Assembly: GCA_050084515.1 (NCBI GenBank)
Contig: CM114271.1
Coordinates: 22,320,001 to 22,384,000 of the forward strand
Origin: Blasia pusilla
Taxonomy: Eukaryota
Reading direction: 5' to 3'
Length of the DNA: 64,000 nt
Shown here: positions 24,780-38,054 of the stretch, piece by piece
Layout: every line of letters begins with the position of its first letter
Position numbering within the stretch: position 1 is the stretch's first letter
Notes under the pieces: model-generated
Database searches by the model: none
Told to the model about the DNA's origin: nothing
The model's input: the letters and a program-made list of their open reading frames with translations, nothing else
Position numbers and translations under genes: made by a program

Positions 24780-25930
24780 CATTACTTCTCCAAGGACCAT
24801 CAAGGTGTGGTAAGACATTTTTAATATCCTTCTTATTCAAAATTTGGAAGTTTTAAAATATATTTTATCTCCCAACAATATCTATAAAAATCGTTGTAGT
24901 TAGGCTTCATGTTGATGCCACAACAATTTACTCGGCCTTTGCAATACCAACATGGAAGACTTGCCTTCAATGTATATAATATTGATATTTGACGCTTATT
25001 TACGGTTGAAATAATCTCTCGTAATGATTTTTGATGAATGTTCCCTGTTCACGTCAATCAATTTTTTTTTAAATCATAGCCATGGGCCTCAACAAGGCCT
25101 TTCCATAATATTGGATGTAATTTAAGGGTAAATTAATTATACTTGTTGGGGATCTTTATTAGTTACCTCCAATATATATCACGAATCCACTACCTTTTGT
25201 CATGGTTTTCATTTAAGTTCCTCCGTATTCGTGTCAAATCTACAAATCTACGAGCTAACAACACTTGTGAGACTCTCTGATGTTCCACATTATTTGAACC
25301 TCTTGAACTCGGTTAGGCGTACTATACCTACAACACTAGAGATATAAGAATGTGACTATTTTATGTTGGAGAATGAGGCAATAGATTTTATTTACTCATA
25401 TTTAACCATAGTATGTATTTGTTATATAGATAATAGCATTTTCAATGTTTAAGCTCTTTGATGTTTGTTTGGTGATGTGTACATAATAAAGTTTGGAGTA
25501 AAATCAAACACACCTTCAAGTCTAGAATTCAGTTCTTGGGTTAAAGATGAGGAATTCCACTTGCTAGATATTGTAATGTAATGCTTATTTCTAATATGAA
25601 CTTGAAAATCCAAGGAGCCAATGAATCCTTAGCCACTATTTCTAATTTGATTTATGATGACGATGATCTTATAATAATTGTAGTGCAATTTTATCAAATG
25701 GCAAGTTAGTCAACAACACTATATCTAAATTTGCAACTCTTAGGTATGACTCGGAAAAAAATTATGTTGCAAAGACGTTCCCACCACTCCTTGGTTATGC
25801 CGTGATATGATTAAAAAAGCCAAGGGGCCACTATAAACAATCGTTGTTTGTTTTTTATTAGATATTTTTTTTGCAATTGGACTAACATATGTTATGTTAT
25901 CATGAATGAAGCAAAAACATCAAATTAGGA
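24780..25930 (+). pseudogene. Heavily decayed PIF1-family helicase, probably of transposon origin
   Basis: Ordered motif remnants across frames: LLLQGPSRCGKTF (Walker A, ~24785-24820), ATTIYSAFAIP, IFDECSL (Walker B), GKLIILVGDLY*LPPI, VMLISNMNL...GAN, and GLTYVMLS. Many stops and frameshifts. Confidence 0.65.
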
Positions 25931-28534
25931 TATTTGGATAACTCCAACATGAGATTCCAAAGTGTTCAACCCGTTCATAATTTTATGCTTCTATCATGAG
26001 ACTAGTAAAAATTTGCAACATGCTGCAATGCAGAGAAGGGAAGTACAACCATGTTAAGTGCTCACTCTATCCATGTGAGTCGATCTTTCCAAAGTACCAA
26101 GGGCCTTCCATTGTACAAGCATGATATAAATTTTGTCATGCACGTGGAAGCAACCTTACCAACACACTAACCTCTAATAAAGGTATATATATGATTTGGT
26201 ATTACTACCAAATCATTTAAATTTTCTAATCTATGTCGGTACTTTAATATGAGTTGAATTTTGCTTCTCTAGTTTATGCAAAATACTTGGATTTCACAAG
26301 TATAATACTCGACGATATCAACATACATTAAGAGGAAGTCCATTCAATCTGCATACAACCTATAGATAATCAAATCAAATATTTAGATAACTTAGGCTTC
26401 ATATTAGTCTTATGGGAGCATGGGGTTATTAGACATCAGATCCAAGCCCTCATTAGTTAGGGGCAAGAGTGGGAATCCAAACTACGCAAAAGCAATAAGG
26501 ATGGGCCTCCTACAAGTAGCACTAGCTTGATGTATTCAAAGTCATCCACAATATTGTAATATTTCCCTTTTTCTTATTGTAAACTCATATCTCTTAAGTA
26601 AGTCTTTGAAAACTTACTAGTTTATAGCTTATGTTCTTTGTGAGTATAAGGAATTCATAAAGATGCACTCAAGTTCAGAAACATATATTTTAAGGAGACA
26701 ACATTAACAAGGAACATTAATACATTAATAAGGATGCCACAAGTTTCAGGTGGTATTAGGCTAGATCAACTCTGCTTGTTGACACATGAGATGCACCTGC
26801 TTACGAGAATGTTGTTGGATTTGTTTGCAGTAAAGACAATTTACTTATTTGATAAAATGAAGTTAGTTCGTGAAGCATGAGAGCTATCTCCCTTTGAGCC
26901 CCTCCCAATCAACCTTGACAATTTGCACTTTCCTATATTTCCATCATTTAAAGATTTCATTATAGTAACATCTATTTTTTGGCATTATTGCTAACAAAGT
27001 TTCAACCTCTAATGTAGCTTAAAATTCGTCAGTCCCACAAGCCAAAGCTCCAATCAAAGGTGTTTTCTGTGATTCTTATGACCCAAGTGATCTGATTGCA
27101 CTTCCCAACAGTGCAAGTATGCATAAGAATAAGCTTATTAAGAGCTTTTAATCTCAACCAAGAGTCCGACATTTGTGCCCTTTGTTGTTTTCTTGTAATG
27201 GATATTAAATACGAGTTCTTTGGCATGTACTTGTTATATGCATATCTCATAAGTTGGATATTACGTATACATGACATCTATATTTTCATCTACATAGAGA
27301 CTTGCACTATGCTGTCTTAAAATTTCCATTACTACACATTAATAGATCAAAATTTGAACTTGGTCATAAGATAATACTTCAGTAATATCAATAGAAGTTT
27401 CTATTGAATTTCTCTAAGTTACATTTGACTATGATTTTCAACTACAGTTCAAGATAAGTTCCGCCTACTAATACTTGTTACATATGAGTATTGATATTGT
27501 AGGTGTCCCAAGTGTGTCGAACCAAACCACATTTGATTGAGTTCTCATAGAGGTGGCTCTAGATCATTAACTAGATATGATGCATTTAGTGTCATTCATA
27601 TTGATGTAGTAAGAGTCCATATATTACATCCATTTGGTAGATTTTGATGACATCCATATTATTTGCATACTGACTATCTGATCGTTGTACTTCAAATGGT
27701 CATTTTGGTACATTGAGTAATAGATCTTCTAAACTTCATTCCTTTTCCATGATTCACCAATTGGAGGAGTTTTTTTGCTTATGTATTTGTCACTCTCAAG
27801 TTCCAACGCTAATATCTTCAATGCCTTAAACATACAAACTTGTATTTGGTTTGAATTTGGAAGAGATCTTCTATTAGCTACATGATTAACTTCCAATCTG
27901 TTTGGTTAAATGCTCTAACAATATGTGCTCAATGACATATAACATGAGTTAAAATTTTTTCCCCAAATTGTCTTCTTATTATTGTTATATCATGTCCTTT
28001 ACATTCTTGAACTTGCCGATAAGAGCGATTTCATGTTCATTTCTATTTCATCTGAGGATTTATGTTCACCATGCTAATCATGAAAAATGCCTAGGGTGCA
28101 AATATTTTTATGTTAGCTCTGTATATTATGTTCACTCTAATATTCATCGTTTCAAAACTTTCGCAACACATATGCTTAAATTTCAATACTTTGCTCTTCA
28201 TGCTGTTGGAAAATCTTCAGCAAGTCCTGTGTGTATCTTAATTTGATTTCTTTAATAATCATAACTATTTGTTATCTCAAAACTTCTAACCTACGTTTGA
28301 TGAGTGCATCGATTCTTACAATCCCAACTCACTCCTTCCATTTGAAAAACCATTGTTTATAATTCATTTACTTCTATTCAACATATCCTTTACTTATGTT
28401 CTATTCATTCTATTCTTTATTTCCAATGGAGAAGTGCCAAATATACCATCATATTCTAGGTTGCACATTGCTTGAATTCTATGTTCATCTTTACATCTCT
28501 ACAACTTTAGGGTACATATATGGTAAGTTTCAAG

Positions 28535-28869
28535 AATTTAGCATATGCAATGAATGAAGGAGAGGTAATTATGGAAAGTATTACACAACAGGTCGGAGGA
28601 TTTTTTTTCACTAGAACCAATACATAGCCGGTATTTCATAACTGGAAACCGTAAAAATCGGATTTCGAACTTATTTTGAGATACCTTGCAAAGAAAACCC
28701 GCAATTTAGGATATGCAATGGATGAAGGAGAGGCTATTATGGAAAGTATTACACAACACGTCCAACGAGTTTTTCCACCGGAACCAATACATAACTGGTA
28801 TTTCATAACTAGAAACGGTAAAGCCGGATTTCGAAGTGATTTTCAGATACCTCGCAAAGAAAACCCCCC
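28535..28869. repeat. Tandem duplication with a ~168-bp unit (28535-28702 and 28703-28869)
   Basis: Both copies read AATTTAG(C/G)ATATGCAATG(A/G)ATGAAGGAGAGG...TTATGGAAAGTATTACACAACA...GAACCAATACATA...GGTATTTCATAACT...GATACCT(T/C)GCAAAGAAAACCC. Confidence 0.9.
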
Positions 28870-29955
28870 ATTTCATGCCAATTTTTTTCGACCGGTTTAA
28901 CCGACTACGATTACTCCTAACCTCGATCTCCCTGTCATTGTCACACAATTCACTACTCCAAAACTAAATTACAACTCCATGAATTAATGGAATGGCACAC
29001 TCTAGTTTACTTTTAAACCGAACACCCAACCCACAGATTAGGGATTACCTGGTGGGTTAGGTGTCGTTCACCTAACGATTGACGCTTTCCTTCCTTCGAG
29101 ATGGAACAGAAATGACATGTATTCTTTTGAAGCACGGGAAGGAAATGGGAGTTCAGTTCGCTTTGGACTCCGAAGGGGAGGAGAAGAGATCTGTTGAGTA
29201 GTGTCGGAAGTGGAGGAATGCAGGAAATGAGTTTGGATGGTTTTCAATTCGAGGTACAGGAGCTCTGGTCGTTTTCATTTAAAAATTGATTTAGAAATGT
29301 GGAGGTGAATGAATCGGCGACTGAGAATCGCACAATTTGGTGGATCTGGAGTCTTATTGTACTTGGAAAGCTTGGTGTCTGTCGAGGATACTTGGGAGCA
29401 CTGCGTAGGTGATTTCTTGAGTCTGTGGTGCAATCAAAGCCGCGATTCTTTCAATTCTGTAGGGGAGTGGTTGTCTGCCGGTGTTCTCGCGTGTGGATCG
29501 TGGAAAGGGATCCATCTCAGTGGTTTTGATGCTCTGAAGCGATGTCGTTTGGATGATGCAGGACTTTTCGTCACCCTCAGAAGCGTAGGATCTCTTCTAC
29601 ACCGCAATGGGAATCGATCTTCAACTGTGATGCGCAGAAAGACGATATATGGGGGTTTAGGGTTTAGGGAGATGCGGTCGGAGTGACAGTGGAGTCGGTA
29701 GAGTTTGTGGAGATGCTGAGAAAGCGCAGGGGACAGAAAGATCTTACCAGTGCGGTGCGGTTTCCTTGCAAATGACGCTGGGGCAACAATGTTCATTCTC
29801 CAATTGAATATTTTTGCTCCGGATGTAGAGGAATCTGCAAGGCCCTCTAGATTCCCTCCTTCAGTTCTCCGCTGGCTCAGCTTGCGACTCTGATTTCCTT
29901 CAGCTGCTGCTCTGGGACCTGGCACCCGCATTCTCCTCATCTCTCTCAGAAGCGC

Positions 29956-32900
29956 ATGAACAGCCTTCAAACGGGGGCTCTCGAAGGCTTCGCTATGTGG
30001 ATATCCTTTCGGAGGCCTTTGAACAGAGCATTTTTTCGTACACTTGCTTTCCATCGGTCTCCGCAAGAGTTTAAAGGAGATCCTCTGAATGACAGTGTTG
30101 GCCAGGGTGCGAAACGGCCTGCCAAATTTCTAGACACAAGCTCTAGGTCCGGTGATGGCGATCAGCAGCCCCGCTGGTCCCAAGGAAACGAAATTTCCGA
30201 GTCTGGCCAGATCCGCAGACAAAATTTCGCCGGTTTTCATGAAAGAAATCACAGGCACGATGGATTGGAAGGACAAAGGAGGAGCTCGGAAGGGCTGGGA
30301 AGAGCTTCAAGATACTCACAAAGTAGGGAAAGGGATTCTCCAGGCACCGAGGCCCATTTCGTAGGCGAGAAGGAGTCCATAGGAGAGAGAAGGGGGATAG
30401 AAAGAACTCCTGAGAGAAGGCTGGATGGTTCTGGTTCCCGACGCCAACCTGATGTGGCTCCCCGTTCTAGAGATAGCGGAGATCAGCACTACGGATACTC
30501 GTTCCGAAATTCGAATTCAGAGGTGGGCGAATTTCGTAAAATAGATACTGGAAGTTCTCGTGGGAGAAGCGATAGACATGATTTCGTGGAAAGAGAAAGG
30601 AGGAGATTGGATTCGCGAAGTAGCGAGTCTTACAGAGGACGAAGTTCAGTTGACACAGACAGCAGGCAGATGGGTTCTCAAGTGACTGAGGAGTCGGGTG
30701 CTCGGGCCCAAACCTATCCGCGTCGTCAAGAAGGAGAGAAGAAATGGCAATTTGCCGTGAGGAAAAAGCAGCAGCTCGCCGGATGGAGTCGAGGCCAGAC
30801 AAGGAAGTCGACGCAGAAGTTTGTGGACGATGAAGATCTCGGGGACGAACCGCTGGGAGATGAATGGAGGCAGAAGAAGATGGCGTGGCTTTGCAAGGAG
30901 ATCCCAGGGCTCAAACCCCGTGGAGTCGTGACTATTTTGAATGAGCAACGTAAGTGGATAAATGCGACAGACGTTAAGTACATCGTGCAGCATTTACTCC
31001 GGATCGGCCAGTTCTTACGCGCCCACAGAGTAAGTGCTGGTCGTCTCACATCCGAGTCTGTATGGTGATTCTCAACAATATTCAGGCAAACGTTGTGAGC
31101 AATTTTCGCAGGTCCGAGCAGCAAGCTTCTGCACATTCAAGACTATATAACTTGGTCGGTGTCGTTTGATCAAGCCATTCAACTTGGCAGTGGATCTCCC
31201 AGCATCGAACGGATATCTCCGAGCAATACCAGCTGGGTTTAGAATGACATTTTCCACACATAGGTTTTTGTAAGAGCAATAGGCACTCGAAGAACTGACT
31301 GTCGACTCTGTGTGTTGTTTTTTGGAGCAGGTTTTAAAATGGGAGATGCAGCAACCTTGGTACGAGTACAACTTCGAGCTCAATACTGCAGTGGCCAATT
31401 CTCTCGGAGAAAATAATAAGCTGAGCAGGACAAGGGACCTTTACGATCTGATGATTCAGAATAGAAAGGTGCCGGAGCTTTCCACCTATGTGTTACTGAT
31501 AAATTGCTACATTGCAGATGGGACCAATGAAGCTCTACAGAAAGCTGGGAGTCTTTTTAATCAAATGATTCAGATGGGGGGTTATGAACCCCCACCAACT
31601 CTCCGCTACAAGCTATTCAATGCCCTTCTACAAAAGAACTTTACGCATCTTGACCAGGCGGATGCAGTGTTCGGAGGCATAAAAAATAGTGGCTTGGCAG
31701 TTAGTGAAGAGATGTACAACTCACTCATTCTCTTACACGGAACAAATGGAAATCAAGAGAGAGTGGACTTCCTGATAGAGGAGATGAAGAAGACAGGTCT
31801 GAAGGTTGGGGAGGAAGTCTACGCTGCCATTATAAGAGCGTGTGTCAAGGATGGAAATATCATGAAAGGCGAGCAGGCATTCACTGACCTTAAAAGTGTT
31901 TGGGAGAAGCAGATTCCCTCTGTCTATGCCTCCTTGATCAAGATGTATGGTGACGCAGGTTTGCCAGAGAAAGCTTTGGAGAGTTTTGAGGAGATAAGAC
32001 TCAGCGGGATAAGTTTGAGCATAAATATTTATGAACCAATAATTGCAGTATTAGCTGCAGCTGGAAAGAGACAGCAAGCTGAGAAGCTCCTGAAGGAGGC
32101 TCAGGAAAGAGGCCTGCCATCAATGCAGGGATGCTATAATGCTGTAATGGGATTATACTCGAAGTCTGGGTTGATACATGAGCTGGAGACAACCTTTCAG
32201 GACATGCAGAGTGCAGGTTGCAAGCCAAATGCTGCGTCCTTCAATGCAGTTCTGGAGGGATATGTAAAGTGCGGATTTCTGGAAAAAGCAGAGGCTGTTT
32301 TTCAGGGCATGAAGATTGAGGGTAGAATTGGTCCTAACCAGAGGACCTTTGAGATAATGATTAAGGCTTATGGTGATGCAGGAAACTCAGAAAAATTGAA
32401 GGAAATGTTCCATGAACTGGCTGGCAGGAAGATGGCTGTTCCACATGGAGCAGCTGAAGTCTTAGAGAAAGCTGTCAGTCCAAAAAGGCTGGATGCGTTG
32501 AAAAACTCGAATCTCAAGCTTAACAGAAACCAAAGAGAATTGCTGGCAGGAGTGCTCCTGGGCGGAGCGCGTGTAGAAAGTCATGATAAGAATCGGACTT
32601 ATGAAATTCACTTTGGATTGGATCCTGATAGTGAAGGTCAATCTATCTTGATTAAACATTTGTATGAGCAGTTCTCTGACTGGTCAAAAGAAGCTCCGAG
32701 GGAGCAGCCCATGAGTGACATCAAAGATCCTCTGAAGTCTAAAACATTGCTAACTTTCCAGACTGTAAGCCATGGAGCTTTCCGGTTTTTTGCCCATCAG
32801 TATAGACCGGACAGGAAAGCGAAGATTCCAAGACTTATACATCGATGGCTCAGTCCTCAGGCCCTTGCTTATTGGTATATGTATGGGGGTTACAGGTGCC

Positions 32901-33145
32901 CTCAGACTGGAGGTATAATCCTGGATGCATCACCTTACAGTGGCAAGGAGCTCATGCTGGTGGTGGATGCCCTCAAGGCAAGAACCATTGATTGTGAGTC
33001 CAAGAGACAGAGTAAGGAAGGGCTGGTTCTTCGTGTTACAGGCAAGTCTGCGACTTGGCTTTGGAAATTAATGGAACCCTTTATTATTCCTGGGTTGAAG
33101 GTTTCATTGAAGCCTGAGGACAGAAGTGTCTGTGAACCTAGTTAG
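29956..33145 (+). CDS. OTP51: P-type PPR protein with C-terminal LAGLIDADG domain (OTP51-like organellar splicing factor); exons 29956-31029 and 31331-33145
   Basis: Contains KKMAWLCKEIP...ILNEQRKWI and RAHR|VLKWEMQQPWYEYNFEL across a GT-AG phase-0 intron. Tandem ~35-aa PPR motifs follow (e.g. YNSLILLHG, FNAVLEGYVKCG), then LAGVLLGGARVES...FRFFAHQY...IPRLIHRWLSPQALAYWYMYGG. The start may be 29956 or 29995. Orthology versus paralogy is not established. Confidence 0.9.
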
Positions 33146-34846
33146 AAAGTAAAGGATGTGACAGGTCAATTATGTAAAAGCTCAGCCACATCTGGAAGCA
33201 GTCAGGGTGTACATGCTGTTGGAACAGGTACTGATGTCTCTACCAAGTCTCTTGCACTCTTAGCACTTGATGCATTTTCATTGTTCATATGTCTTGCTAA
33301 GAAGTCGCATTCTACAATTCTACAGCGTCTTTCTATGCTGCTAATGTGCTTTTACATAATTTGAACCCTTTGCCACTAGTTTGCTTACAATGTGAGTCTG
33401 TTATTTGAAAGAACCGACATTGGTTAGCTCACATAGTGTTTCTTGCCGTGGCCTGACAATCTGATGTTTTAATGCAGCTAAGAGTTCTCACAATACAAGG
33501 CCAGCCACAGTGGAGGGTTAGGCTCATGTGGCACATAAGAGTTTCAACAAGGACATTTGAGTATTCTAGTATGAGAGGGGTATTGGCGCCAATGCACCGC
33601 AGTCCCAGAGAGAAAGTTGAGACTGTTACTTGGGTTTGGTCTCTTTCTGAAGCTTCCAGTTCAGACATCTCCACAGAAAATGGTACTAGAAGATACCATA
33701 CATCATGAAAAGTCACACATAGCCCATGGCCAGAACGTATAAACAAGGATACACCAAAGTATAAACAAGAATACATCAAAGTTTGCAACGGCCATTACTT
33801 TGGTGAAGAAATTTTGATGTTTGTGTGCTAAAATGTTGGACACTGTATTTTGGAATCTTCTTGTATCGTAGTGTCTTCTTGACTGTGATTAACAATAATC
33901 ATTCTGAGTATTGATTGCGTTTGAGAACTTTTGAAAGTAAACTGGGTAAATGTTATTGTATGGTAAGGTATTTAACATCCGCTGGTATCCGAACACCGAT
34001 CAGGTTTTAACAAATGTCGCAGATGGAGTTATGTAGGGAACTTTCTTTGAATACTATTTAAAATCCACCAGTTACGTGATAATAGGTCTTGTATCATTAT
34101 CACCACACATTCAAGGGTTTTAAGACAGTAGATACTGTAGAGTAAATCTGCTGGTAACATTCAATCAGCAGATGATGCCACGAAGTAGATTTTGTCATAG
34201 TTAAAAACTTTTGGCACTGATTATTGCACGAAATACAACAGATGTTGAGAAAAAATCCATTCCGTCTCACAGAGTGCTTTGTATTAGTAACTGGAGTAAG
34301 TTTTGAGGCTTTAAGAATTGTACATTGACATCGTGTTTCACAATGTCAGCAAATTGGACGGATGTTTCTCATCCATCACTTTTCTTAGTGGCATGGAACT
34401 GGCTGAAGTGGGATGTAATGCTAGTGGAATTGTCCTTTGCAGCATTGTGTTGGTATCACAAAAAAGGTGTAGAGAGGAATTCATAACCTGCCATTCCTCT
34501 CATTAATCTGCCGCAGGGTAGTAGGCTTGCTGTATTTTTGGGCACATGAGAGGGTAAACTCGTGATTGATAGGTCCCATCTTGCCAACCAAAAGCTTGAA
34601 GAGCCTTGTCTAATTTTTAAGAATGAGATTTCCTCTTCACTCCTCGTGTTTCTGCACATGGCAAGTAACAAATCAAGATCTGCACCCTATAGTCTGACAA
34701 GACATACTCTCAGCCAAGTGTGCACAACAAGAGAAGTGGCCATCATGTGAAGTGTTGAGCCTCTTTGATTCCCATGATCAACTCCTGCATAGATAATCGA
34801 ACCTCTTATCAACCTGAACTTACATTTTAACAAATGGCAATTACTT

Positions 34847-37344
34847 CAACCAGCCCAGATTAGGAGGTGACAATGGCTACATGACTCTGTACCTTGCTCT
34901 TCTACCATTGCCGTCACTTCATCTGTCGCTATGCTTCCATGGATCTACAGACAATCTCGCCAGTAGAGGGAGCCTTAGAATCCAGCAACTGGTGAGGTAG
35001 TGTCTTCACTCAAAGTAACAGTAGTAATTTAGGACACATCCAGCACAGCAAAAAAAGTGATTGGCGATCACTTCCTAATCTTTCCAAGACCCAGGCTGGA
35101 CGGAGTTTGTGGAGGCCAAGCAGAAAGTAATGATAGAAGAGACATGGATCGTAGATAATATATAACACACACGTAAGGTTCTGCTCTACTCAGTTTTCTT
35201 GAGAAGTGCATCTGGAAAAACCCTGAACCCTAAAGTGCATCCGAGCGAACATTGTTGCTATTTGAAGAGTTACAGATTTCCTGCTGCATGCCACTTCAAG
35301 CTCTTTCAGATCATGGAGTCATGATGATGATGACTTGGACTTTGAACTTACAACAGTGGAGAGGTGTAGCCAATCAAAGCAGCGTGGAACTGGATCAGAC
35401 TCTGAAGGCAAGACGTCATGGTTCCAATATGTCATGTCTCGGAACATAGACTGCGTCACCCATTCGTCAAATTTGGCCTCTTCAGCCCCTGAGTTAGCAC
35501 TGTTTCCTCCGGCTGAAATCCGGTTCTTCTCCAGAACATATCCTACAAAGAGGGAGAATAGATTAACAGAGTGTGTGAAACAATTCACTTTCTCATCTTC
35601 TTCAACTTTTGACATCACACAGACGCCGTGCCATGAATTCCCAGGCTGCTGAGCAGCTGTCAATAATCCCAAAGGAGTGCAAGGATTTAACGGGCCCTTA
35701 AGCAATTGCAGAAGATTAACATCTGACCCGTTATATAAATGGGCAGTGCTGAATAGTTCACCTGACTCTGCCTCTTCCATCGACCTCAATTACCATCATG
35801 CTTGCATTTACCCGAACATTCGTGCAAAGAAGGCAGCAGCAAGAGCGAGAGGTGCAGTAGGAGATATTGGCAGTAGCTGAACGAACGACGATAAAGTTGA
35901 TTGGAGGATCTCAGCTTCGCTTCTACTCTTCTCCACTTAGCTTCCATTGCTAAGATATATCAGAGCACATTGCTCTTCCTTAGATTCATCAGGGCTTTGA
36001 ACCGCCGTCCGCTTTGAAGTGAGAAGGCGCACAAATGATCCAGGGAAATACTCACCACAATAATTTGGAGGAAGTTCCAGCGTCGAGCCCAGCAACTTCC
36101 GTCCTCTAAATGCCGCCTCGCTTATCTCCATGTCATCCCTCCTCTCGCCTATTCTGAAGCAAAAATTGCAGATAAGCATCGTGTGCCATCAACGATTTTC
36201 AGCTGAACTGATCAAAGACATTTCCGCCATCGTCAGCTCTGTTCCCTTGCCAATCAATACTCACGATGGGAATTGTTATCCATGGCTGACTTCCTGCACC
36301 CCAACGAACCTCCAAGCCCACTCTCTTCCCGCCAAGCTTTCTCGACACAGTACACACACCATTATGCACTCGAACGAGAGAATAAATGGGACTGGAGTGT
36401 GACTACGGAATTCCACACTGAATCTCCGGAGAACCTAAACGGTGAGGAGATCAGTTACACGGAGAGAAACAAGCGCTAGTCATGATGGACTTTCCGATCA
36501 CCCTACCCTATCCTGCCCAAACACTCACTTCATACATCGACCATCGTACAAAGACTAGGCACACTCGTAGACGAATCCTCGGACGAGCCATAAACACTGC
36601 ATTCGATTAGCAAGTCAGTGAACAGACGCTATAGAAATAGACGAGAATCCCACACATTCGCGCCTTCCACTTCTGCATCCACTGCCCCTCGCTCGACACG
36701 CCAGTCGCAACAGGCCTCATGGCCTTCAGTATGGAAACACTCAGTGGATGCAGCAACAGAGATTGTGCACATCGACTCCTCCAGAAGTCTGTGCAGGATG
36801 CGTTTCCTGCTTCTCAACGTGCTTCATCCCGCTCACGAACAGAGTGCAGCAACAGAGATTGCGACCATAAACACCTCAAGCCTATGGAGGATACATTCCC
36901 CCCAGCTCATGGGCACAAGAAACACGGCCTTCCCTTCACGCCCTATTACCAGGGAACGTGAAGTCCACAGTTGAGACCGAAACCACTCAGTGAATCCAGA
37001 GGACATGCATCCATTTCCCGCTCCTCAAACCCACAAGAAACACAGCCATTGACGCCCCACTACAGAGAACTCGGGCGAGAAAACACTCAGTGAATCAATC
37101 CTGCGAGAGAAATTCTGAGTCCGGATGCGATGCACAGATTCTCTACTTCTGAAAACCGCTGACAGCGCGGGCCCTGACGTGCATTACCAGTGGGTTTAGG
37201 CGTGAAGAAGTGGGACACCGGCGCCGGGCCGTAGTGGTTGATGCAGCACGGCATCATGTGCATAGCTCCGCTCATGTCCATGCAATCATCCGTCACTCGG
37301 ACGACTCCCATAGCTCCATCGCTCCCTCCCGCCCGCATCTCCAT
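34847..37344 (-). CDS. RNASEH2C: Ribonuclease H2 subunit C; exons approx. 37344-37188, 36152-36056, 35540-35351 and 34944-~34847 (3' end uncertain)
   Basis: Translation has MHMMPCCINHYGPAPVSHFFTPKP, EAAFRGRKLLGSTLELPPNYCG|YVLEK and FRDMTYWNHDVLPSESDPVPRCFDWLHLS, the typical RNase H2C motifs. GT-AG junctions are present. Confidence 0.88.
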
Positions 37345-38054
37345 CCTTCCGCACTCCAACTCCTCCGGATCTCCACCGTATCGATTCTCGCGCTCCCTTC
37401 TCTCCTCCTCTTCGTCTCCTCTTCCGCTTCTCCGCCGAATCGATCCTCGCACTCCTGATCACCTCTCTTCTTCTGCTCTCCACCGAATCGATCCTCGCGC
37501 TCCCTTCTTTTCGACTGATTCTTTTCTCCGCCCACAAAAAGAGAGAGGCACAGAGAGACGGACCTCTGCTTCGTAACAGATAACAGACACAGAGATTCTG
37601 AAATAGAATCTCTCTCTTGTGCTTCAAAAGACACAGAGAGAGAGAGAGAGGGTGAGAGACGTTGCTTCGTACCCGCGATAGAAACCGGGTTACCGTTGCC
37701 AACTGTGGTAGGGGGGGTTCTACTGTGCCATACAAGGGGGGTGCTTTTATGGGGCTACTCAAAGGAGGCTTGTAGAGGGGGTGTTATAGGGCTACTCAAG
37801 GAGGTGTGATCGACACTCGCATAGTCCCCTGAGGACGACACACGCGGTTTTTGTTACGGCCCCTGCAAAGACTCCCTTTTTTTTCCACTTTTTTACTAAT
37901 TATTTCCTCTTCCACCTCTCTCACAAGGCCGCACATTGGTTTCAGAATATTAAGAACTAGTAAGGTGCCCGTGCGATGCACGCGTGAGGGAATACGAAAG
38001 ATGCAAATAGGCATGAAGGAAAAAAAAATTTGATCTGATTTTTAAATATTTATT

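Noticed and set aside
29654-29669. Telomere-like TTTAGGG units / telo-box (also near 4313, 11056 and 13926)
   Set aside because: Only one or two units each and common in plant DNA; not enough to call an interstitial telomere or a functional element.
29434-30066. 210-aa minus-strand ORF and other antisense ORFs over OTP51 exon 1
   Set aside because: Shadow frames of a GC-rich 5' region and exon with no recognisable motifs.
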